From Octopus bimaculoides (taxonomy: Eukaryota), in NCBI RefSeq assembly GCF_001194135.2, contig NC_068990.1:21547909-21580914 (forward strand): 33,006 bases of DNA, read 5' to 3'. The stretch's first letter is position 1; every line of letters begins with the position of its first letter. Shown piece after piece: positions 1 to 9,602 of the stretch. Below the pieces are notes generated by a model. That model ran no database searches, was not told where the DNA came from, and saw only the letters and a program-made list of their open reading frames with translations. A program made the translations under genes and the position numbers.

Positions 1-10
1 AACGTACATA

Positions 11-54
<44 letters not shown>

Positions 55-485
55 GTTGGATATGTATAGAAACCTCTAATGCAAATAGAAAGCCAACCTA
101 TGTGAATTACGAACGAAGTAAAAGTTTACATTTATGTACAATGGTTTATGCGAAAATTTGGGGATATCTACTTGACAGCCAACGACACACACGAACGTCT
201 GATTATAATTTCAACATTTTACTTTTATAATCCTCATTACTAAATTTTCCAATACACATTTTGCGCGTATTAGAAGGCATGTGTTTAGGTAAGTACATGA
301 AAACATGCATATTTATAGATACAATGTATACACACACATACAAATATATATACATAACTGTACTACAGTTATACATATATGTAAATATGTTATATATGGA
401 CAAATATATATAAGTATATACACATACATAATAATACTATATATACATACATATGCATTTATATAAGTTTAAACAATATATATAT

Positions 486-525
<40 letters not shown>

Positions 526-562
526 ATATATACATATGCATATGCACAAATATATAAATGCA

Positions 563-565
<3 letters not shown>

Positions 566-630
<65 letters not shown>

Positions 631-892
631 TATATACATTTATATATTCACAAAGATATATATAATACATGCATATATATATGCAATTACCTACATATAT
701 ATATTTACAGGCAAAAATATGGACATAAACACATATATGCATATTATACATATATATATGTGTATGTGTGTGAGCATATGTTTTATATATGTACTTCTAC
801 GTCTATCGTACGAATACATACACACACAAATTTATATATGTATATATATACGTTGTACACATATAGTTAAGTTTGTCTGTCTGCGTGCGCGA

Positions 893-983
<91 letters not shown>
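566..983. repeat. (TA)n microsatellites (566-624 and 894-983), representative of dozens of (TA)n, (CA)n and (TACA)n tracts across the window
   Basis: Direct reading; these tracts produce the YI/HT/CV pseudo-ORFs in the ORF track. Confidence 0.99.
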
Positions 984-987
<4 letters not shown>

Positions 988-1140
988 TGTACGCACACTC
1001 ATACATTGTATCCTCTATCATTCACAACATACACACGTGTATAGATAGATACATACATACATACATACATACATGCATACCTAGGAAAGACCAAAATATC
1101 GCCTGTATATGCTATGCCAGAAAGTGCAAGAGTTTGCCAG

Positions 1141-1213
1141 AGAGAGAGAGAGGGGGGGAGGGAGTAGAGAGGGAGAGAGGGGGAGGGAGTAGAGAGGGAG
1201 AGAGAGGGGGAGA
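1141..1213. repeat. Homopurine GA-rich minisatellite, 25-bp period, about 2.5 units
   Basis: GGGGAGGGAGTAGAGAGGGAGAGAG is repeated (GGAGT at 1161 and 1186). Confidence 0.85.
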
Positions 1214-1355
1214 AATGCGAGACAACATGAAAGACCACTTGTTCTATGATATGGTCACCTAGAACCTCTTTCATGGTTGTCTCGGATCAGGAAATGGCAA
1301 ACTATTATTGACTTTTCAATCGTATTAAGGGCACTCAATAAATATTTGTCTTCCA

Positions 1356-1415
1356 GGCATGGCTGTATGTTTAAGATGTCCGTTTTCGTAAACACGTGCA
1401 TCCAGGTTCGTTCAC
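1356..1415 (+). mobile_element. Degenerate 5' head of SINE family B
   Basis: GGCATGGCTGTATGTTTAAG..AAACACGTGCATCCAGGTTCG resembles the heads at 21755, 24767 and 25287. Confidence 0.4.
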
Positions 1416-1785
1416 AAGAAATGATGACTTCTACATATGCCATATACAACCCACTTTATATAACAAAAGCAAACATAAAAACGAAATGATGATATATAAT
1501 GTAAAATAATACATGATAACCAAACTAATATAAAAATACATATTCCCATGTCAATAATGGAAGATCATCTGGGCAGCGTTATTCAATAAATAACATCAAT
1601 GTTTACACGAATGAAACATCGTTCATTAAAGAGTATGTTTAATGAACCTTATTAATGATATTAGCAAGAAGAGCATCTCATTAAAAAAGTAAATGGGTAA
1701 CTTTTTTTAACAGATGCGCAAAACATTAAAATACAAGCACACACACACATGTACAAGTATGAAGGCATACATACATCATTTACAC

Positions 1786-1820
<35 letters not shown>

Positions 1821-1825
<5 letters not shown>

Positions 1826-1958
1826 CTCCGTATTCTTTCTGTTGAAGAGCGTAGCTCGAAACGTCAAAGACTTTCCGTATTCCCGAGCGTCATACTAATA
1901 TATACTTTTGTTATTTACACCTCCTGTCCTCGTCTGTTGTTATTATTTGTATATTCTC

Positions 1959-1960
<2 letters not shown>
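1821..1960 (+). mobile_element. Short hammerhead-bearing element, probably a Penelope-like (PLE) pseudo-LTR or retrozyme-type fragment, embedded in (TA)n
   Basis: 140-bp complex sequence with (TA)n on both sides. It contains the hammerhead motif, and its 3' end recurs at 14924-14963. Confidence 0.55.
1834..1870 (+). ncRNA. Minimal type I hammerhead-ribozyme-like motif with a variant core
   Basis: TCTTT (stem I) - CTGTTGA (core CUGANGA with A6U) - A - GAGC gta GCTC (stem II) - GAAA - palindromic ACGT (stem III) - C17 - AAAGA (stem I partner). Confidence 0.6.
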
Positions 1961-2003
<43 letters not shown>

Positions 2004-2033
2004 TGAAATTAGAAGAAATAATGGAATTGTTAT

Positions 2034-2070
<37 letters not shown>

Positions 2071-3233
2071 AGTACCCTTCATAAAATTTGCTAATATGCC
2101 TTGTAGGATAATATATCTATATATCTATACATACACATACAAATATTCACATGTGCTTGTGCAGGCAAATATATGTAATAAATATAAATACTCATGAACA
2201 AGCATACCTACAAACGCACACACACACACACACATTATATGTGCACGTACAAAGGGATACATGTATACACTGACTTACCTACATTACAATTTACCAATTG
2301 TATAAGCATTCTAAATATTGCCTAAAAACATCGGTCTCACAAGCATATAGCTTGTGAATATAGACACACACACACACAAATATACATAGGGGGTAGCAAG
2401 TTCCATGGTGGAGGGGCAGTGCTGACTTGTGAAAATGAATCCCCCGTCAGCTGCCTAATTTGCGGGAAACAAACAAGAATAATAAATTTAAGGTGAATAT
2501 ATTTGAAATTCACTGTGGATGATGAGAACTCCTCATCTATCGGATTTTTCACATGATATGGGCGTTACATTCACAGACACACACACACAGGGTATATATA
2601 TATATATATATATATATNNNNNNNNNNNNNNNNNNNNNNNNNNNNNNNNNNNNNNNNNNNNNNNNNNNNNNNNNNNNNNNNNNNNNNNNNNNNNNNNNNN
2701 NNNNNNNNNNNNNNNNNNNNNNNNNNNNNNNNNNNNNNNNNNNNNNNNNNNNNNNNNNNNNNNNNNNNNNNNNNNNNNNNNNNNNNNNNNNNNNNNNNNN
2801 NNNNNNNNNNNNNNNNNNNNNNNNNNNNNNNNNNNNNNNNNNNNNNNNNNNNNNNNNNNNNNNNNNNNNNNNNNNNNNNNNNNNNNNNNNNNNNNNNNNN
2901 NNNNNNNNNNNNNNNNNNNNNNNNNNNNNNNNNNNNNNNNNNNNNNNNNNNNNNNNNNNNNNNNNNNNNNNNNNNNNNNNNNNNNNNNNNNNNNNNNNNN
3001 NNNNNNNNNNNNNNNNNNNNNNNNNNNNNNNNNNNNNNNNNNNNNNNNNNNNNNNNNNNNNNNNNNNNNNNNNNNNNNNNNNNNNNNNNNNNNNNNNNNN
3101 NNNNNNNNNNNNNNNNNNNNNNNNNNNNNNNNNNNNNNNNNNNNNNNNNNNNNNNNNNNNNNNNNNNNNNNNNNNNNNNNNNNNNNNNNNNNNNNNNNNN
3201 NNNNNNNNNNNNNNNNNNNNNNNNNNNNNNNNN

Positions 3234-3272
<39 letters not shown>

Positions 3273-3592
3273 AAGGGCGCTTGTGCGTAGGCATCATTAT
3301 AGTCGTGTGATTAATCATTTCATTATTGTATTCTTGTAGAAACAGACTGTATTCTGTTGCATTTAATTTCCAAAATAAAAGAGAATTTAAGAAATTAAAA
3401 TTGTTAATGTTGCTCTGTATTATGAACAAAAATAAACATGAAACTTTATGGAATTTGACTTAGATTACTCTGCGATTATAACAATAACTTTACATCGAAG
3501 ACCTACGGGCAGTTTGACATCAATTTCATCCCCGGAACGGCAAATAATCTTTTGAGTTTGGAAAACTGACACTATAGAAAGCACATCGCATA

Positions 3593-3638
<46 letters not shown>

Positions 3639-4072
3639 CACGCGCAAGTGTATATTAAAAATTTCGCATGTATTCATAAGTGTTTCTGTGTCCGGATGTT
3701 GAAATCCCAACGCCTAACTTTAGCGAAAATTTGATTATGTTTATATTCATTGTAGTCGTAATATCCGACCCATCTGCAATTTCGAAAGCCTGTCTAATAC
3801 GATTTTTCCTCTTATGAAACAGGTAAGTATTACTGGCAGAAAGCAAATCGACTTGGGAGATTCTACCAGGAACAAGTTACGATCTAATCCATTCTAAATT
3901 GGAAAAGACAAATGTTAATCAGCATTATATATACATAAATATATTTATGCGTGTGTATATACGCACATATATTAGACAATAACAGAGCTGGAAAATTATT
4001 TTCGAAATTATTTTACTGTATATAAGTTGCAGAAACTATGAAATCCACCTTCAGACATTTTCATTTTTCAGC

Positions 4073-4076
<4 letters not shown>

Positions 4077-4164
<88 letters not shown>
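4077..4164. repeat. (TA)n microsatellite, about 44 units
   Basis: Direct reading. Confidence 0.99.
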
Positions 4165-4167
<3 letters not shown>

Positions 4168-4525
4168 TAAAATTATATACATTCAATTAATATATATCAG
4201 TCATATACCTCAATCACACTGCGTTATAATATATGTTCCTGTATATATATATATCTCATACAAACACCATTATCACACACACACACAATCTCTCTCTATA
4301 TATATGTATAGAATCACATTTATTATATAAGTTTGGTAAGATTCAATGCACGAAACTCTTGGCAATTTGCTTCTGCTAAATTTAAATAAAATACATACAT
4401 ATACTCATGTGTTTTGTTCTAGTTCAGTCTGTTTCACCAAGCCTATATATTTATGTATATGATTTTATTCTAATTTCACTGCTTTTATATCTCATTTCAA
4501 AATACGTATATATACACGCTGGTTT

Positions 4526-4567
<42 letters not shown>

Positions 4568-4745
4568 ATCATTCTAGTGTTAATCAATCGTCGGCATTCG
4601 GACATGCATATGACCCTCTTCAGATGCCGTATAGCTCATCACTGCTATCCACAGTACTCGTACTTTATTTCACCTTCTTCCTCGGTTACTATTTTTGATT
4701 TAACATCGGTGCTTGATGAAATACATTATATGTGTACGTACACAA

Positions 4746-4786
<41 letters not shown>

Positions 4787-4788
<2 letters not shown>

Positions 4789-4884
4789 GAGAGGTGTATG
4801 ATAAGTCTTGAGCCTCAAAAAAAAGCAAAATATGGTACAAGACTTCTGACGAAGGCTAAAAACTTTTCACCCCCACCTCCTGTA
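4787..4884. mobile_element. Tc1/mariner-type MITE (about 98 bp)
   Basis: Imperfect TIRs of about 30 bp: left ACGAGAGGTGTATGATAAGTCTTGAGCCT, right (reverse complement) TACAGGAGGTGGGGGTGAAAAGTTTTTAGCCT. It ends in TA at a (TA)n run. Confidence 0.55.
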
Positions 4885-6221
4885 TATATATATATATATA
4901 TATATATTTAGAGAGAGAGATAGATAGATAGATAGATAGATATTTAAAGAAATGTGCACCTTCCTTCTTATACCTGTGTGTATAGTTCAGCTTTATCTAG
5001 AAAGCTTGGTTAACCTAGCATATATGAAACGATCAAGGAACCACGTGGTTAAGGACTCGCTCATATCTAATACCTTATATAAAATTGCATCTTGGTATAA
5101 AATACATATTTTAAAAAATTAACTTTAAATATATACCATTTGAAAAATATTTTAAGTTCTACATAGTGTTATAGCCATTTCTTTATATACATACATGTGT
5201 AGCTGTACAGACACACACACACACACACACACAGAAACATGTTGCATATGCTTCCTTGCATGTTTGCATCTGAGTGTGTACCCACGTTAAAATGTGAAAA
5301 ATATATAATCATCTATGTATACACCTGTAATTTTCGTACATATAAAGTCATGTATAAACATCTTGTCACGCTTAAAAATATATATATAACAATATATATA
5401 TATGCATATATGTGTACAAATATAGACGCCTGGATGTTTATGAATACACGCATACATATGTACATATATGTTCAAGCATATCTAGATAGATAATATGTAT
5501 GATACATACATAAACTTACACATCTGTATCTGCATTTATATACTTACATCTTACTTAATCGTGTAGAGAACTTAATGGCAACTCTGAACATCATTAACTT
5601 TGTATGCACAGCTCTACTGAATTCCTCATAAGTAAATTCCCTCTCTATCATCCTTAGTCATTCAAGGTAATTTGCTTCATTCAAGCATGTTATACTTTCG
5701 TATTTAATCTCTTCACTTCAGATCTCATTCTGCTATTATTTTAGCTGTACCCTTTTCGTTAAATATTAATATCTCCACATTAGTAGCGCTGTGGAGATAC
5801 ACAAATGTTACTCCTCAACTGATGACACTGCATCGGGTGCGGATTGATTCTTCTCCTTATTTTTTTCTTAAAGTATATCTTTGTTTCTTTGCTTGTAAAC
5901 TTCATTCAGCTCCAACGATTTTGCCATTCATCTATCTAAAGGTTGACTATATAAATACTTGTCAAATTTCAGCGCTGATTTAACAAAATGTACCTATATG
6001 CCAAGAAGTGATTTTGTCAATTAATCAATTATTTTTGGTGTTGTTTGACCCCCAAGATAGCTCTGACGTTTGATCAAATGCGTTTCGTTCATAACCATCA
6101 TGTATGTTTACCATCTATTTTTTCCATTCTATTTTAAAAGACGGTAGACTCCGGCATGAGACAATATCACTGCAATTACTAGCTATTCGTGTGACCCCTT
6201 CGAGTTTCTCTTGATTTAGTG

Positions 6222-6455
6222 CAATGATTCTCAATCGGGGCTCATAGTACACTTGGGGGTGAGGTCCATATAAAATTAAGTTGTTAAGATTTATCCGTAA
6301 TAAATTAGTTATACTCCCATACATAAAATGTTTTGATTATATTTTTATAAAATTCCTAAGAATCGCTAAGAGGGGCCATATGAATAAAATAGGAATTATC
6401 TTTAACATCGAATAGCTAAGGGGTTCCTAGAGAAAAAAATGATTGAAAAACATTG
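6222..6455. mobile_element. hAT (Charlie-like) MITE, 234 bp
   Basis: 15-bp TIRs CAATGATTCTCAATC and CAATGTTTTTCAATC (2 mismatches), resembling hAT CAGTGGTTCTCAAC termini. Internal GGGG(T)CCATA-like subterminal motifs. The 8-bp TSD is not preserved. Confidence 0.65.
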
Positions 6456-7374
6456 GTTATCTTGATAGTAGTGAATGAGAGAGTCAATAGGTATTGTATC
6501 CAGAGGGAGACTAGCAAGGCAAATATTTATATTTGTTTGGAGTATTTAATTTTTCATGTCATGGACGGCTAAAGACCATGCAGTATAAAGTATACCTTCA
6601 ACAAAAAGTACATCTCTCGAAACGGGACACTTTTGAATTGAAAGTTGCCGCATGCATGTTTGCCTGTACAGTCACGTACATAGGGCTGTATGCAAGTGGG
6701 ACGGGGTTTCATGCAATGCATCAATCNNNNNNNNNNNNNNNNNNNNNNNNNNNGGGGGAGGGATGAATTTTTGATGTGAGAGAAGCCCTTCCCCCCTTCC
6801 CGCTCTCAGCTGGGATCCGAAAACAAACCCATTTCATGTTGTAAAATAGCTGTCAAAGTCCCTCCGTATGTGCAAACACACGCACAAAAAGACATGCATT
6901 TATATACATTTTCTTTTTAAAGAAACAAAATTACTTCGATTTTCTTCTGTTTGTTTGTTATATTTCTAATTTTGCGTTTTCGTTCCATCGAATATTACTG
7001 AAGATAAACGCCCAAAATATATAAGGAAACCAATTAAACCACCGATACATATCTCCTTGATAATTCTCGGCCTTGTGTTTATGTAGGAAATCATTGCCAA
7101 TTCTTATCATTAACACTATTTTATAGTGAGTTCAAACTCCACTGGATCGCTAACAAAACAAAAATAACCGGGCCGGTTCCATCGATAACACCCTCTCCAC
7201 CCTTGATACTATCTTCAAATTCAACAATAGCAGTGATCAATCATATTGTGAAATTAATTAATACCCTTTAATTGCATACCAACATGTGCTAGTGTCACAT
7301 GATTATAATATTACTTATAATTAAGATCAATGATACTTTCACGTTTTAAAATAATTTCCGACAAAACCATTTGT

Positions 7375-7380
7375 TTTATT
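7375..7380 (-). terminator. Candidate SoxB2 poly(A) signal
   Basis: First visible minus-strand AATAAA downstream of the stop codon (ATTAAA follows at 7272-7267). An earlier signal could be hidden in gap 7668-8085. Confidence 0.3.
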
Positions 7381-7418
7381 TTCAAGTGAAAGGTGCATAT
7401 ACCTAACAACATGTGTGC

Positions 7419-7469
<51 letters not shown>

Positions 7470-8180
7470 AAGGTTTGGAGGTGATGTACAGAAATTATAT
7501 TATAGAAATTGCAATATTTCCACATGCTGGAATAAAAATGTTAATAAAGTTGACCACCTGAGGCTTGAACACAGAAGCTATACAATCAAATTTTAAGTTC
7601 TATTATGCATATTTAACCAACCGTACTACCGTTTTGACAATCCCTACCAGCTAGGTATTTTTTTTTTNNNNNNNNNNNNNNNNNNNNNNNNNNNNNNNNN
7701 NNNNNNNNNNNNNNNNNNNNNNNNNNNNNNNNNNNNNNNNNNNNNNNNNNNNNNNNNNNNNNNNNNNNNNNNNNNNNNNNNNNNNNNNNNNNNNNNNNNN
7801 NNNNNNNNNNNNNNNNNNNNNNNNNNNNNNNNNNNNNNNNNNNNNNNNNNNNNNNNNNNNNNNNNNNNNNNNNNNNNNNNNNNNNNNNNNNNNNNNNNNN
7901 NNNNNNNNNNNNNNNNNNNNNNNNNNNNNNNNNNNNNNNNNNNNNNNNNNNNNNNNNNNNNNNNNNNNNNNNNNNNNNNNNNNNNNNNNNNNNNNNNNNN
8001 NNNNNNNNNNNNNNNNNNNNNNNNNNNNNNNNNNNNNNNNNNNNNNNNNNNNNNNNNNNNNNNNNNNNNNNNNNNNNNNNNNNNNGGAAAGGGAAGAGAA
8101 ATAAATAAAATAAAAAATAAAGAAATGGTGTTTTGCATTTAGAGTTGCTTGTCAATTACAAAGCAACAAATATCCTTCAC

Positions 8181-8229
<49 letters not shown>

Positions 8230-8515
8230 AAATTTTTTTTCAATGTTACTGTTTGTTTTGCGTTCACTTTCTCAAGCTGAAAGAGAAACCTTTTAAATCA
8301 AGTTCTGTTGTTTGACATAAATGTCTCATTATCTTTCAATAATAATAATTAATTAATAAGTATTAATAATCATTTCTTACATATGCATTGATAATAATAT
8401 TAATGATAATAAAAATAATGAAAACAAAATTATACATAGATTTTTTTTCTTTTTATATATAGAGAAATTACTTTATAATAATAATAATAATAATAATCCA
8501 TCCATTAAAATATTT

Positions 8516-9220
8516 CTATATTACTGTGTGGCGATAGTGGTCTTCCGGCTTGACCAATACATACGCCACTGGTCTATGTAAGTCCTGAGATGGCATGTAA
8601 GGTGGTGGGCAGCATGGTAACAAATATTGTCCGGTGAGACCAGAATGCGTATGTGCAGCCGGGGGAAGACTACCGAGGGAGGAATGTGATGTCATGTAAG
8701 GGGAATAGAGACCACTTGCTCCATTGAGTTCGTGAGGTCTAATGTTCAAAGGGCTGTCCATTTTTGCATTTTCTGCCAGATGGGAATAAAGTGCATGTGT
8801 CGTGGACGTGGGTGGTAGGAAAGCGCGCGCCTTTTCGCCGAAATTCGATGCAATTAACGAGTCAGTCTGTGAACCAGGTGAAAACGACGGCATTGCCCCA
8901 AATGTATTCATTCCTGGCAAGACAGGAATTGGGAAAGCATATTTGTTATCTTTTTTAAGTAAAGATTTAGGTTTCCTACGTGGTCGGTATTTATAATCTG
9001 GATGTTCCTTCATATGTAAGGCCCTTAAGCGTTTTGCTTCGTCGATAAAAGGGCGTTTCTCTTCTTCGGATAGTAACTTCCATTCAGCACCGAGTCTTTT
9101 GCTAATTTCGGAATTATGCATTTTCGGATTTTCTTGAGCCATTTTTCGACGCTGGCCCCTGGACCAAACCATGAAGGCATTCATGGGCCGCTTAACATGT
9201 TCAGCCTGCGGCTTAGACAT
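8516..9220 (-). CDS. SoxB2: SoxB2 group HMG-box transcription factor (Sox14/Sox21-like), 234 aa, single coding exon
   Basis: ORF begins [91 protein letters not shown]. This is a complete SoxB HMG box directly after the MSKP N-terminus typical of Sox14/Sox21, followed by the group-B motif. [18 protein letters not shown] and PVAYVL match Sox14-type C-terminal motifs. ATG at 9220 has A at -3; stop TAG at 8518-8516; GC about 50% against AT-rich flanks. Confidence 0.97.
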   Translation of the reverse strand: MSKPQAEHVKRPMNAFMVWSRGQRRKMAQENPKMHNSEISKRLGAEWKLLSEEEKRPFIDEAKRLRALHMKEHPDYKYRPRRKPKSLLKKDNKYAFPIPVLPGMNTFGAMPSFSPGSQTDSLIASNFGEKARAFLPPTSTTHALYSHLAENAKMDSPLNIRPHELNGASGLYSPYMTSHSSLGSLPPAAHTHSGLTGQYLLPCCPPPYMPSQDLHRPVAYVLVKPEDHYRHTVI

Positions 9221-9435
9221 GTTGAAATGGTCGGGCGTTGACAGCTCCGTGGTGATGGTCGAATGATGTAAATCTGGAGAAGTCAACCTTTCTACCTCCA
9301 GGTAGTGCGGATCGTGTCGTAAGTTAGCCACGGTGAAAGTTTGGGGGTAGACGCTCTCACAAGGAAATGGATTAAATAAATAAATATTTAAATTATAATT
9401 AGAAAGTCACGCAATCAAAATCTCACTCAGTAAAA

Positions 9436-9526
9436 CTGAGAGAGAAAGAGAAAGACAAGAAAGTGACAGACAGAAAGGGATAGAAATAGATAGGCTAATC
9501 AATGAGTCAAAAATCACTATACATAC
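9436..9526 (-). other. Predicted 91-nt intron in the SoxB2 5'UTR
   Basis: Donor TTG|GTATGT at 9526, about 55 nt of polypyrimidine tract, possible branch GTCAC (A at 9464), acceptor CTCTCAG| ending at 9436. Confidence 0.45.
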
Positions 9527-9570
9527 CAAAGCGGCGTGATTGTTATATCTATATGTATATGCTCAAAAGC

Positions 9571-9602
9571 AATGGGCAGATACAACCCTCTTGGTATTTA
9601 TA
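9571..9602 (-). promoter_or_regulatory. Candidate proximal core promoter of SoxB2 (TATA plus Inr)
   Basis: TATAAATA on the minus strand at 9602-9595; CCCA(+1)TT (BBCABW Inr) with A at 9573, 29 nt from the first T of the TATA box. A Su(H)/RBPJ-type TGTGAGAA lies on the minus strand at 9666-9659. Confidence 0.55.

Noticed and set aside
2521-2537. GATGAG/CTCATC hairpin
   Set aside because: 6-bp stem, expected by chance.
4591-4630. Minus-strand CGGCAT-CTGAAGA-stem-GA-ATGCCG hairpin resembling a hammerhead
   Set aside because: GAAA is GAAU and there is no stem III or UH site; too short for a pre-miRNA.
4846-4856. CTGACGAAGGC hammerhead-like 5' core
   Set aside because: No stem II closure or GAAAC follows, and it lies within the mariner-type MITE.
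5000-5050. Cluster of short palindromes (AAGCTT, GGTTAACC, AACCACGTGGTT E-box)
   Set aside because: Short palindromes are common and there is no larger structure or other support.
5819-5850. CTGATGA followed by a CAC/GTG stem
   Set aside because: No GAAA box after the stem.
8764-8996. Two plus-strand 64-aa ORFs overlapping SoxB2
   Set aside because: Antisense shadows of a GC-rich CDS with no recognisable motif.
9329-9331. ORF-track start (GTG) as the primary SoxB2 start
   Set aside because: The conserved MSKP start is the ATG at 9220; the GTG is kept only as a non-AUG hypothesis.
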